DNA from: Nakamurella sp.
GTDB lineage: Bacteria > Actinomycetota > Actinomycetes > Mycobacteriales > Nakamurellaceae
Length of the DNA stretch: 64,000 nt
Assembly: GCF_044224575.1 (NCBI RefSeq)
Contig: NZ_JBGAKE010000009.1
Location: forward strand, 32,162 to 96,161
Direction: 5' to 3'
The notes below the pieces were generated by a model. The model worked only from the letters and a program-made list of their open reading frames with translations, had not been told where the DNA came from and did no database searches. The translations under genes were made by a program, and so were the position numbers. This document shows, one piece after another, positions 8,974-18,413 of the stretch (positions are counted from its first letter, which is position 1; each line of letters starts with the position of its first letter).

Positions 8974-10110
8974 TACCGAACAGGCCGTCGCGATGGTCGC
9001 GATGCTGGCCGCGCTCGACACCACCTGCACCGACCCCGAGCGGATCGACGAGATCACCGCCCTGGAACGACTCAAGACCGCGATCACCGCCCGGCAGGCC
9101 CGGCTCACCGACGCGTTCGCGGTGTCCCAACGCGCGACGCTGATCAGGGCGGGGTGGAGCGACCAGCACACCGCGCACCAGGCCCGCGGCTGGGCGCACC
9201 GCATCGACCCCGAAGGTGCGGTCGACCGTGCCCGCACAGCGGTCACCGACCGGCGGGTCACCATCCGCCCCGCCCCCGACTGCATGACCTATGTGACCGC
9301 GCTGCTACCGGTCAAGGAGGGCGTCGGCGTCTACGGGGTGCTGCACCGGGCCGCGATGACCGCCCACTGCGACCCTGACGACCACCGCAGCAAGGGCCAG
9401 GTCATGGCCGACACAGTGCCCATGGACGCCCTCGCACGCTCGGGACGATCGGCGTGCGCCGCACCATGACCCCAGGCAACGGCGAGCCCGAACGGCCCGC
9501 CGTCGAGCTGCACCCGGTCATGACCGACCGCACCCTGGCCGACCGGGACGACGAACCCGCCCACCTCATCGGCCACGGACCCGTCCCCGCCGCGATCTCC
9601 CGTGACCTGCTCACCGCGGACGAACGCACCCGGGTGTGGGTGCGGCGGCTGTTCACCGACCCCGGCACCGGGGACCTGCTGGCCGCCGACGCCCGCCGCC
9701 GCGACTTCCCCGACACCGCGCGCCAGTTCCTCGCCGCCCGTGATCAGATCTGCCGCACCCCCTGGTGTGGGGCCCCCATTCGGCACGCCGATCACGCCGT
9801 CGCGGTCAGCCGGGGCGGTCCCACCGACCTGCGCAACGGCAACGGCCGGTGCACCGCGTGCAACCTGGTCAAGGACCTGGACGGTTGGACCACCCACGTC
9901 GACGACACCGGCGTCATCACCACCACCACACCCACCGGACACGCCCACCACAGCCGGCCACTCCGGCCCCCGACATCCCCACCCTGGAAACCGCGGCAGT
10001 CCCCCGGCCCCGGCAGGCCCCCGGCTCGACCCCCACTGCGGATCGAGATCCACTGGCCCGCCGAGAAGTTCAGCCGGCGGGTATCCCGGAGCAGTCCCCT
10101 GGATCCGTGA
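8966..10110 (+). pseudogene. DUF222/HNH endonuclease (13E12-like repeat family), split and internally shortened
   Basis: ITALERLK..ITARQARL, RRVTIRPAPDCMTYVTALLPV, RSKGQVMAD in one frame; RDQICRTPWCGAPIRHADH...GGPT...NG.GRC..CN.VK HNH motif in the next frame; break near 9420-9470. Confidence 0.8.
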
Positions 10111-10302
10111 TCCAGCCCCGCTCACAACCATGCACGACGACCACCTGGCCGGCGTCATCCGTGGTCTGACCCCCCACCGGCTCACCCGATCGACCCGGAC
10201 GTGCAGCGGTCTCAGCGCGAAAAATCGCCGCGGCCGCCTCCAAAGGCGTCGTTCGCGAGGTACCGGAAGCGACAACCCACCGGACGCACCGCCGGAAGTG
10301 AC

Positions 10303-11448
10303 GTGACCCAGCCGATCGAACTGATGCCAACGGAGCCGGCCGCGACGGGCCGGCTTCTTGCCCTGCCCGACCACGGAACACGTGTCCGGGACCACCTCAC
10401 CGCCGTCGACGGCCTCCTGGACCGGACCATGGCCGCGCTGTCCGAGCAGTGGGCCGAACTGGTCGGCGGCCGGCCGGCGGACGTGCTCGGCAGCGCCGAT
10501 CTGCCGCAGCTGCTCACCACGCTGCTGCGCAGCGGCGGCAAGCGGATCCGCCCGACCATGACCTGCTTGGGCTGGGCGGCGGCCGGTGGACCGCACCGCG
10601 CCGGCGATCGCCAGACCATCGTGACCGTGAGTGCCGCGCTCGAACTGCTGCACCTGTTCGCCCTCGTCCATGACGACGTCATGGACGAGTCGGACTCTCG
10701 CCGCGGCGTGCCGACCATCCACCGCCAGGCCGGGCTTCGCCACATCTCGGCGGGCTCCGCCGGCGACTCCCGATTGTTCGGCACCAGCATTGCGATCCTG
10801 GCCGGGGACCTGGCGCTGGCCGAGGCGGAAGGACTGATCGCCGAGACCACGCCCGGTATCCGTCGGCTCTGGCGGCATCTGGTCATCGAACTCGTCGTCG
10901 GCCAACGTGAGGACCTGACCGGCACCGCGGCCCGCCGCCGCGACCTGACCTTCGCCCGCACGGTGGCCATCCTCAAGTCGGGGTGCTACACGGTGCAGCG
11001 TCCGCTCGAGCTGGGCGCGGCCGCGGCGTCCGCGCCGGAGGCGGTTGCGCATCGGCTTCGGCGGTACGGCCAGACCCTCGGTGAGGCGTTCGCCCTGCGC
11101 GACGACATCCTGGGCATCTGGGGCGACCCGGACCGGACCGGCAAGCCGGCGGGCGACGACCTGATCACCGGGAAACCGACGGTGCTCCTGTCCATCGCCC
11201 ACGACCGGACCCGATCGGGCGCCGCCCGGCGGGCGCTGGATCGGGTGGGCACGCCCGCGTTCGACGGGGTGGACCTGGCGCTGCTGCTGGACGAACTGGT
11301 CAGCAACGGAACCCGGTCGGCCGTCGAGCGGATGATCGGGGACGCGGTGGACGCGGCCCTACACGCCCTCGACGACCCGTCGCTCGACCCGGACGCCGCC
11401 GACGAACTCCGGCGTCTCGCGCACACCATCGCCTGGCGCGAGCGATGA
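10303..11448 (+). CDS. crtE: Geranylgeranyl diphosphate synthase (polyprenyl synthetase)
   Basis: GGKRIRP, LVHDDVMDESDSRRGVPT (FARM), FALRDDILG, GKPAGDDL; start uncertain (GTG 10303). Confidence 0.9.
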   Translation: MTQPIELMPTEPAATGRLLALPDHGTRVRDHLTAVDGLLDRTMAALSEQWAELVGGRPADVLGSADLPQLLTTLLRSGGKRIRPTMTCLGWAAAGGPHRAGDRQTIVTVSAALELLHLFALVHDDVMDESDSRRGVPTIHRQAGLRHISAGSAGDSRLFGTSIAILAGDLALAEAEGLIAETTPGIRRLWRHLVIELVVGQREDLTGTAARRRDLTFARTVAILKSGCYTVQRPLELGAAAASAPEAVAHRLRRYGQTLGEAFALRDDILGIWGDPDRTGKPAGDDLITGKPTVLLSIAHDRTRSGAARRALDRVGTPAFDGVDLALLLDELVSNGTRSAVERMIGDAVDAALHALDDPSLDPDAADELRRLAHTIAWRER

Positions 11449-12929
11449 GCCGGATCGTCGTCGTGGGGGCCGGCCTGGCCGGCCTCGCCGCCGGCTGTCA
11501 CCTGGCCGGGCGCGGTCACGACGTGCTGGTCACCGAACGGGAATCCATTCCCGGCGGCCGGTCCGGCCGGCAGGCATCCGCCGGTTTCGTCTTCGACACC
11601 GGCCCATCGGTGCTGACGATGCCGCAACTCATCGCCGACACGCTGGGGGCCGCCGGCGTGCGGATGACCGACGTGCTGACCCTGCGCCGGCTGGACCCGG
11701 CGTACCGGGCCGTGTACGCGGACGGCAGCACCCTGCGCGTGCGCGCCGAGCACGCGGCCATGCGAGCCGAGATCGACGCGGCCAGCGGGCCGGTCGACGC
11801 CGCGGCATACGACCGGTTCACCGGCTGGCTCGCGCAGCTCTACGACGCCGAGTGGTCCCGGTTCATCGATCGCAACTTCGCCACCTCGCTCGACCTGGTG
11901 TCCTCGCCGCGGGCGGCCGCCCGGCTGCTGCGGCTCGGAGCGTTCGGCCGGCTCGGCCCGGCCGTGCGGCGGCGCTTCGCCGACCCGCGACTGCACCGGC
12001 TGTTCAGCTTCCAGGCCCTGTACGCCGGCCTGTCTCCGGACGACGCGCTGGCCCTCTACGCGGTGATCACCTACATGGACACGGTGCAGGGCGTCTGGTA
12101 CCCCGACGGCGGCATGCACGCGATACCAGCCGCGCTGGCCACCGCGTGCGAGAAGGCGGGCGGCCGGATTCTGTACGGAGCGGAGGTCACCGAGATCCTG
12201 CGCCGCGGCGACACCGGGGGCGTGGCAGGAGTGCGGTTCGCGGACGGGGAAATCGAACGCGCGGACGCGGTGGTGCTCACCCCCGACCTGCCGGTGGCCT
12301 ACCGCCGGCTGCTACCGGAACTGCGCCCGCCCGCAGCCGTGCGATCAGGGACCTACTCGCCATCGGCCGTCGTCTGGCACCTGGGCGTGCGCGGCCGCCC
12401 GGATGACGACACCGCCCACCACAACATTCATTTCGGTGACGAGTGGGCGGGCGCGTTCACCGCGCTGCTGCGCGACGGTCGGCTGATGCCCGACCCGTCC
12501 CGGCTGGTGACGGTGCCGAGCCGGACCGACCCCGGAGCCGCGCCCGCCGGTTGCAGCACCCTGTTCGTGCTCGAACCCGTGCCCAACCTGACGGCCGACC
12601 TGGACTGGACCGTGCAGGCCGGTCCCATGCGCGAGCGGCTGCTGGCCTTCCTGGCCGACGCCGGGTACCCGACCGACATCGTCGTCGAGCAGCTCGTCAC
12701 CCCGCTGGACTGGGAGCGGGGCGGAATGCACCTGGGCACGCCCTTCTCGCTGGCGCACACGTTCCGGCAGACCGGCCCCTTCCGGCCGCCGAACATCGAG
12801 AAGCGGGTGCCCGGCGTCTTCTTCGCCGGTTCCGGGACGGTCCCCGGCGTCGGCGTCCCGATGGTGTTGATCTCCGGGAAATTGGCGGCCGACCGGATCG
12901 ACCGTTACGTGGGAGCAGGTGCGCGATGA
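11445..12929 (+). CDS. crtI: Phytoene desaturase
   Basis: VVVGAGLAGL FAD motif, FDTGPSVLTMP, LFSFQALYAGLSP, FAGSGTVPGVGVPMVLISGKLAA; 4-bp overlap with crtE. Confidence 0.95.
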   Translation: MSRIVVVGAGLAGLAAGCHLAGRGHDVLVTERESIPGGRSGRQASAGFVFDTGPSVLTMPQLIADTLGAAGVRMTDVLTLRRLDPAYRAVYADGSTLRVRAEHAAMRAEIDAASGPVDAAAYDRFTGWLAQLYDAEWSRFIDRNFATSLDLVSSPRAAARLLRLGAFGRLGPAVRRRFADPRLHRLFSFQALYAGLSPDDALALYAVITYMDTVQGVWYPDGGMHAIPAALATACEKAGGRILYGAEVTEILRRGDTGGVAGVRFADGEIERADAVVLTPDLPVAYRRLLPELRPPAAVRSGTYSPSAVVWHLGVRGRPDDDTAHHNIHFGDEWAGAFTALLRDGRLMPDPSRLVTVPSRTDPGAAPAGCSTLFVLEPVPNLTADLDWTVQAGPMRERLLAFLADAGYPTDIVVEQLVTPLDWERGGMHLGTPFSLAHTFRQTGPFRPPNIEKRVPGVFFAGSGTVPGVGVPMVLISGKLAADRIDRYVGAGAR

Positions 12930-13807
12930 CGCTGGCGGTCGACGAGCACCTGCTGCAGACCGGGTACCGGCAGTGCGCCGAGATCACCCGGCGACACGGC
13001 ACCACGTACTACTGGGGTACCCAACTGCTGCCGCGGGAACGGCGCCGGCACGTCCACGCGGTCTACGCCCTGTGCCGCCGGGCCGACGACATCGTTGACG
13101 ATCCGGCCGCCACCGCGGGTCGCGATCCGGCCGAGATCCGGGCCGAACTGTTCGGTTTTGCCGATCAGTTCCGCAGCGCGGGGCAGTGCGGCCCGACCGA
13201 TCCGGTCCTGGCCGCGGTCGCGCACACGGTCCGCACCGTCGGCATCCCGCAGGAGTGCTTCGATCGCTTCTTCGGGGCCATGGCCATGGACCTGACCATC
13301 ACGCGGTACGAGACGTGGGAGGACCTGCTCGGCTACATGGAGGGGTCGGCCGCGGTGATCGGCGAGATGATGCTGCCGGTCCTGCAACCGCTGGGCCCTG
13401 AGGCGATCGAGCCCGCGCGGGCCCTAGGCTTCGCCTTCCAGTACACCAACTTCCTGCGCGACGTCGCCGAGGATCTCGACCGCGGGCGCATCTACCTGCC
13501 GCAGGAGGAGTTGCGCCGGTTCGGCGTCCGGCCGGTGGACCTGGGCCGCCGCCGGGTGACCCCCCAGTGGCGTGACTTCATGGCCCACGAAATCGAACGC
13601 GCGCGCGGCCTGTACCGGGTCGCGGACGGCGGCCTGCCCTGGCTCCCGCCGCGTTCGGCCCGCTGCGTGGCCACGGCCCGGGTGCTCTACTCCCGGATCC
13701 TGGACCGGATCGAGGCCGCCGACTACGACGTCTTCCGGGTCCGGGCGCGGGTGCCCACCTGGCGCAAGGCCGGCACCGCAGCCCGGATCCTGGTCACCGG
13801 TCCCTGA
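12926..13807 (+). CDS. crtB: Phytoene synthase
   Basis: AVYALCRRADDIVD, AFQYTNFLRDVAEDLDRGRIYLP; ATGA overlap with crtI. Confidence 0.95.
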   Translation: MTLAVDEHLLQTGYRQCAEITRRHGTTYYWGTQLLPRERRRHVHAVYALCRRADDIVDDPAATAGRDPAEIRAELFGFADQFRSAGQCGPTDPVLAAVAHTVRTVGIPQECFDRFFGAMAMDLTITRYETWEDLLGYMEGSAAVIGEMMLPVLQPLGPEAIEPARALGFAFQYTNFLRDVAEDLDRGRIYLPQEELRRFGVRPVDLGRRRVTPQWRDFMAHEIERARGLYRVADGGLPWLPPRSARCVATARVLYSRILDRIEAADYDVFRVRARVPTWRKAGTAARILVTGP

Positions 13808-13812
13808 TCACC

Positions 13813-13841
13813 CGTCGCTGAGCAGAACTGCCCCAGCGACG
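13813..13841. terminator. Stem-loop between convergent crtB and crtU
   Basis: CGTCGCTG-A-GCAG-AA-CTGC-CC-CAGCGACG inverted repeat. Confidence 0.6.
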
Positions 13842-13846
13842 CCTCG

Positions 13847-15382
13847 TCACACCGCGAGTCGGCGCAACGCGCGGATCGCCGGCACCCGCGACGACAGCGG
13901 GACCGACCACAGGTCGTGCCCACGCAGGCCCCAGCCGGCCAGCAACGCGTTGGCGGCCTGCCAACCGGTGGTGGCCGCCCGTTCCATCAGCGCGACCGGC
14001 AGATCACAGCGCACGCCGTCCCCGGCCAGCACCAGCCGGGCGTCGTCGGTGCGGACACCGGGCCGGTGCCGCCGCTCCCCCGGCCGGAACGACGGGCAGT
14101 CGTCCGAGACGAGCCACTCGTCGGCCAGCACCGCGGCCGAACGACTCTCCGGGTAGACGGCGGCCAGTTCCGCCCGAAGAGCGGACCGCAACGCCGGTTC
14201 GGACCACCGGTCGTCGATCGCATAGGCGTGCACCTCCACAACCGATCCCCCGCGCGTCCCCGCCCAACGACGGGCCCCCGCCTCGTACCGGTCCAGCACC
14301 GACACGTTGTCCAGCAGTTCGAAGCCGCCGGTGCCCAGGAACGCCGGCCGGTCGGCCCGGAGTGGGGTGTCGAGCCACAGCCGCCACACGACGAAGCGGG
14401 GTGCGTTGCCCGTCCTGGTCAGCGACTCCCGCCAGCCCTGTGCGGGCAACCCGGTGGCGTCGGCGACGAGCCGGCGGGTGGTGCGGGGGTCGGCGGCCAG
14501 CACGACGGCATCCACCTCGATATCCCGGGCACCGGCTCGCGCGTGTACCGGGCCGGCCGCGGTGAACCGCAGATCGTCCACCGCGGTCCCGGTCAGGACC
14601 TCGACTCCGGATCGAATCATGTGGTGCTGCAGCGGGTTCCAGAACACCGTTCCGAAGTCGTCGGCCGCGACGTCGAACAGCAATCCCTCGGACGAGCCGA
14701 CGAAGTACAGGTGGAACATCGCCAGCAGCTCCCCGGCGGCGTACTCGGCGGGGTCGGCGAAGAAACTGCGGGTGAAGACCTCGAGCGCCAGGTGGCGGAC
14801 GGCCGGCGGGAAGTTGAGCTCATCCAGGAAAGTGCCGGCGCTGATCGCGTCGAAGTCGTCGAAGGACCGCGGGAAGTCCAGATCGAGCATGCTCGACGAC
14901 GCCGCGATGTCCGCCCGGAAGAGCGCACGCGGCCCGAAATTCGGGCTCCGCAGCGCGTACCAGAACAGATTGGCCGGCGGGGTCCGGGGCACCCGGGCGA
15001 ACGAATCGGCCGCCCCGTCGGCCATGACCACGGGGTAGTCGGGCACCGGCAGCAGGCCGGCCAGGGCCGGGTCGACCCGCCGCAACAGGGCCCGCAGGTT
15101 GTAGTACTGGCGGAAGAACGCGTGGAAGCCGCGGCTCATGGTGACCTGGTCCCCGCCGTGCGACACCGGCCACGACCGGACCCGGCCGCCCAACTGCGGT
15201 TCCCGCTCCGCGAGGACGACCCGGATCCCACGTTCGGCGAGGCCAACGGCCGCCGCGATCCCGGCGATTCCGCCGCCCACCACCAGCACCCGAGGCGCCG
15301 GCGCCGCCGCCCGCAGCGCCCCACCGGCCGCCGGGTGCCGGACCGCCTTGCGGTCCCGTCCCGGCCGCCACTGCGCGCTCAT
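13847..15382 (-). CDS. crtU: Carotenoid ring desaturase/methyl-migrating enzyme (isorenieratene synthase)
   Basis: VLVVGGGIAG, LGGRVRSW, MSRGFHAFFRQYYNLR, MFHLYFVGSSEGLLFDV, LPVALMERAATTG; follows the lycopene cyclases. Confidence 0.9.
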   Translation of the reverse strand: MSAQWRPGRDRKAVRHPAAGGALRAAAPAPRVLVVGGGIAGIAAAVGLAERGIRVVLAEREPQLGGRVRSWPVSHGGDQVTMSRGFHAFFRQYYNLRALLRRVDPALAGLLPVPDYPVVMADGAADSFARVPRTPPANLFWYALRSPNFGPRALFRADIAASSSMLDLDFPRSFDDFDAISAGTFLDELNFPPAVRHLALEVFTRSFFADPAEYAAGELLAMFHLYFVGSSEGLLFDVAADDFGTVFWNPLQHHMIRSGVEVLTGTAVDDLRFTAAGPVHARAGARDIEVDAVVLAADPRTTRRLVADATGLPAQGWRESLTRTGNAPRFVVWRLWLDTPLRADRPAFLGTGGFELLDNVSVLDRYEAGARRWAGTRGGSVVEVHAYAIDDRWSEPALRSALRAELAAVYPESRSAAVLADEWLVSDDCPSFRPGERRHRPGVRTDDARLVLAGDGVRCDLPVALMERAATTGWQAANALLAGWGLRGHDLWSVPLSSRVPAIRALRRLAV

Positions 15383-15714
15383 GATGCCGCCCCTTCCCGA
15401 TCGACCGGCCGCACTGCCGCGCGCCGGCCCAGCCAGGTCCAGGCCACCAGGGTCAGCGTCACCAGGCCGAAACCGAATCCGAGATCCTCGACGGGCGCCC
15501 ACCCGAGCCGGATCCCCAGGATCACCTCGGGGTCGTACTGCACGATCCCCAGCCCGGTCAGGATGCCGTTGACGATCAGCTGGAAGAACACGACGATCGC
15601 ATAGCTCGCCCAGAACAGCCGGGTGCGCAGCAACCGCGTGCGCAGGACCACCAGGTCCAGCAGCACGGCCACCCCGATCGCGACGAGCGCCGCAGCGGTG
15701 TAGGCGCCGATCAT
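15379..15714 (-). CDS. crtYd: Heterodimeric lycopene cyclase subunit
   Basis: FFQLIVNGILTG...IVQYDP...G.RLGWAPVEDLGFGF; c/d label assigned from gene order. Confidence 0.85.
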   Translation of the reverse strand: MIGAYTAAALVAIGVAVLLDLVVLRTRLLRTRLFWASYAIVVFFQLIVNGILTGLGIVQYDPEVILGIRLGWAPVEDLGFGFGLVTLTLVAWTWLGRRAAVRPVDREGAAS

Positions 15715-16058
15715 CGCCGGTCCTCCAGATCGTCCGCGGCGACGCCGGCCCAGCGCGGCTTGAGCCGGCGCACCGCCTCGAACGTCAGGAGGGCACAAAT
15801 CGGAACGACGAGGAAGAACATCAGTTCCTCCCAGGGCAGCGCGCCGACGAACAGGCCTGTCAGGTACTGCTCGTCGAACCACCACCAGCCGGCGTGGGTG
15901 GCCAGATAGTCCCAGAGCACGAACGCGGTGGCGACCGGCAGGATCGCCGCCGCGGCCCGCCGCCACTGCCGGTACACCCGGGCTCCGATGACGAATTCGA
16001 GTGGGGCCGTCAGGACCAGGCAGGCCAGCAACACCGCCAGGTACGTCAGGTGCTGCAC
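15711..16058 (-). CDS. crtYc: Heterodimeric lycopene cyclase subunit
   Basis: FVLWDYLA...GWWWFD...G...LPWEE.MFF.VVP.C; GGAGG RBS; c/d label assigned from gene order. Confidence 0.85.
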   Translation of the reverse strand: MQHLTYLAVLLACLVLTAPLEFVIGARVYRQWRRAAAAILPVATAFVLWDYLATHAGWWWFDEQYLTGLFVGALPWEELMFFLVVPICALLTFEAVRRLKPRWAGVAADDLEDRR

Positions 16059-16077
16059 CGGGACACCTCCGAATCGG

Positions 16078-17280
16078 TCACGAGCGGGGCCGGTGTTCCA
16101 GTATCAGCGGCCCCCGGGGGGTCAGCGTCAGGACGCCGGCCGGCCGCGGGTCACCGGCGACCCGGCGCAGCGTGCCCCGGGCGAAGGCGCGCGTCGCCGC
16201 CTCCACCATCGCGATGGCCAGTGCTGCCCCCAGGCAGCTGCGTTCGCCCGCTCCGAACGGCAGGTACCCCCAGGCCGGCAGCGGCTGGTCGAAGCGTTCG
16301 GGACGAAACTCGTTGGGCTGCAACCACATCTGTGGGTCACGGTGGGTCAGGTACGGGCTGTACAGGACCAGCTGCCCGGCTCGGATAAACCGGCTGTCGA
16401 TCTCGACGGGCCGGGTCGCGACGCGACTGCCGATCCATCCGGCCGGATACAGCCGCAGCGCCTCCCGCACGGCGACCTCGGTGCGATCCACGTCGTTCAG
16501 GTCGGACCGTCCAGCCACCTCCCACAACGTGAAGGCCAGCGTGTGTGCGGTCGTGTCGTAACCCGCGGCCAGCGCGACCCGGGCCTCCTCGGCCGCAACC
16601 GGCCCGGGCAGGCCGGCGAACGCCTCGATCAGCGTCGCCGGGGGTGGATCGGCCATCGCGTCCTTCAGGACGGCGGTCATCCGCCCGATCCGGACCGGAC
16701 GAGGGAGCAGCGGCGCGGGCAGCGCCCGGTCCAGTGGGGCCAGAAACCGGCCCAGGTCGACCGGTGGGTCGCCGGGACCGAAGAAGGCGTCGGCCAGCAT
16801 CCGGCGGACGATCGCCGCGGCCCAGGAGACCGCGTCGAAGACGCCGGTGGGCAGCCATCGATCTACGACGCCGTCGAACCGGCCGGAGAACAACGGGGTG
16901 ACGGCACGGCGGTGGAACGCCGGGTTGAGCCGGCTTCGCCGGCGGCGGTGCCCGGGGGCCTCGAGCGCGATGACGCCGCCGCGCAGGAACGGCGACAGCT
17001 GGCTCATGCTGCCCCGGCTGCGGAACGTCTCCAGGTCGCTCAGGATCATCCGGTTCCACTCGGGCCGGTAGCCGACGAGCGCGCTGCGCCAGAGCCGCAC
17101 CCGGAACACCGGTCCCAGCCGGGCGCCCTCCTCCAGCAGGGCGATCGCGTCGCGCCCCCATCGGGGCAGGTGACCGCTGAGCCGGGCGCCGGCCGGGCTC
17201 GGCACGGTCGACCCCGGAGCGGGGTCGAACTGCTCGGCGGACTGCGGTGGGACGCCCGGGTACAGGTGCGGGCGGCTCAC
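16078..17280 (-). CDS. Cytochrome P450, probable carotenoid hydroxylase
   Basis: AAGYDTTA (I helix), EALRLYP (ExxR), PERF, PFGAGERSCLG heme signature; GTGA overlap with the upstream glycosyltransferase. Confidence 0.9.
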   Translation of the reverse strand: MSRPHLYPGVPPQSAEQFDPAPGSTVPSPAGARLSGHLPRWGRDAIALLEEGARLGPVFRVRLWRSALVGYRPEWNRMILSDLETFRSRGSMSQLSPFLRGGVIALEAPGHRRRRSRLNPAFHRRAVTPLFSGRFDGVVDRWLPTGVFDAVSWAAAIVRRMLADAFFGPGDPPVDLGRFLAPLDRALPAPLLPRPVRIGRMTAVLKDAMADPPPATLIEAFAGLPGPVAAEEARVALAAGYDTTAHTLAFTLWEVAGRSDLNDVDRTEVAVREALRLYPAGWIGSRVATRPVEIDSRFIRAGQLVLYSPYLTHRDPQMWLQPNEFRPERFDQPLPAWGYLPFGAGERSCLGAALAIAMVEAATRAFARGTLRRVAGDPRPAGVLTLTPRGPLILEHRPRS

Positions 17281-18413
17281 GTGGCGTAACTTCGGCCCCG
17301 CCAGACCTGCCGCCGGCGCAGGCCCTGCCCGATGACGGGAATCGCGGCGATCGGCGAGGCGGCGACCGCCAGCACGGCCACCCAGTCGCGGCCACCGGTC
17401 TTGAGCTCCAGCAGGGCGCGCTCGGCCAGGCCGAGGGCGGGGGCCAGCCGCCACCGCGGCCGGCCGATCCCCAGCAACGGCGGCGCGGTGTAGGCCAGCA
17501 CATGCCAGCACCAGGCCGCCAGCACCAGCCAGCGGCGGCCGCCCGCCATGGGCAGCAGGCCGCGACCCAGGCCCGCCACGACCTCTCGCCGGTTCCGGTA
17601 CATCCGCACCTGCGCGGTGGCGCCGCCGAGGGCCAGACCCAGCCGCAGACCGCGCGCCCGGACGGCCCGGGCCAGGGCGACATCCTCCACGACCGCGGCG
17701 CGGACCGCACCGAAACCACCCACCGCTACGTACGCGTCGCGGCGGAACGCGAACAACGCCCCATGGGCGGTGGCGGCGGACCTGACCGGCATCCGCAATA
17801 GGCCGAACGGGAGCCAGCACAGCAGCACGTCGACGATCAGCGGAGCCAGCAGGCGCTCGCTCCAGGTCCCGGTTCGGTGCCGCGGGAACACCGAGAACAC
17901 CCGTGCCTCCTGGCGTTCCATCTCGCCCAGGAACGAGTGGGCCGCGCCGGGCGCCAGCAGCACATCGGCATCGCAGAACACCAGCGTTCCGGCGTCGCTG
18001 GCCTGCGCGAGCTGCGTGCAGGCCCACGTCTTGCCCGCCCAACCCGGCGGTCGCGGACGGCCGGTGATCAGACGGGTGCGGGTGTCCGGTGGCGCGCTCC
18101 GCAGCATCCGCCGAACGACGGCCGCGGTGCCGTCGGTGGACCCGTCGTCGAGCAGCACCACCTCCCCGAATCCGGCCGCCAGCATGCCCGGCAGCGCCAG
18201 CGGGATCCGCTCGGCCTCGTCGCGCAGCGGGACGAGCAGGGCCGCATCCCGGTGGTTCGACCGACTCGCCGGAGGATGCCCGGGCAGGGTGGGGAACCAC
18301 CACAGGTTGGCGACCAGCACGGCCAGCTTGACCGAGAGGAAGGCGAGCACCGGCACCGCGGCACGGTCGATCGCGCCCCCTCCGATCGGCCCCGGCCGTC
18401 GCGGGCTCGTCAC
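17277..18413 (-). CDS. Family 2 glycosyltransferase, CruC-like carotenoid glycosyltransferase
   Basis: LLVPLRDE, LDDGSTDGT, PPGWAGKTWAC.QL, FCDADV; N- and C-terminal TM segments; GTGA-coupled at both ends. Confidence 0.85.
   Translation of the reverse strand: MTSPRRPGPIGGGAIDRAAVPVLAFLSVKLAVLVANLWWFPTLPGHPPASRSNHRDAALLVPLRDEAERIPLALPGMLAAGFGEVVLLDDGSTDGTAAVVRRMLRSAPPDTRTRLITGRPRPPGWAGKTWACTQLAQASDAGTLVFCDADVLLAPGAAHSFLGEMERQEARVFSVFPRHRTGTWSERLLAPLIVDVLLCWLPFGLLRMPVRSAATAHGALFAFRRDAYVAVGGFGAVRAAVVEDVALARAVRARGLRLGLALGGATAQVRMYRNRREVVAGLGRGLLPMAGGRRWLVLAAWCWHVLAYTAPPLLGIGRPRWRLAPALGLAERALLELKTGGRDWVAVLAVAASPIAAIPVIGQGLRRRQVWRGRSYAT

Noticed and set aside
10110-10303. SigF-type (GTTT-N15-17-GGGTA) or light-responsive promoter for the crt genes
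   Set aside because: No convincing match upstream of crtE or of the acyltransferase, and no litR/litS-like genes in the window.
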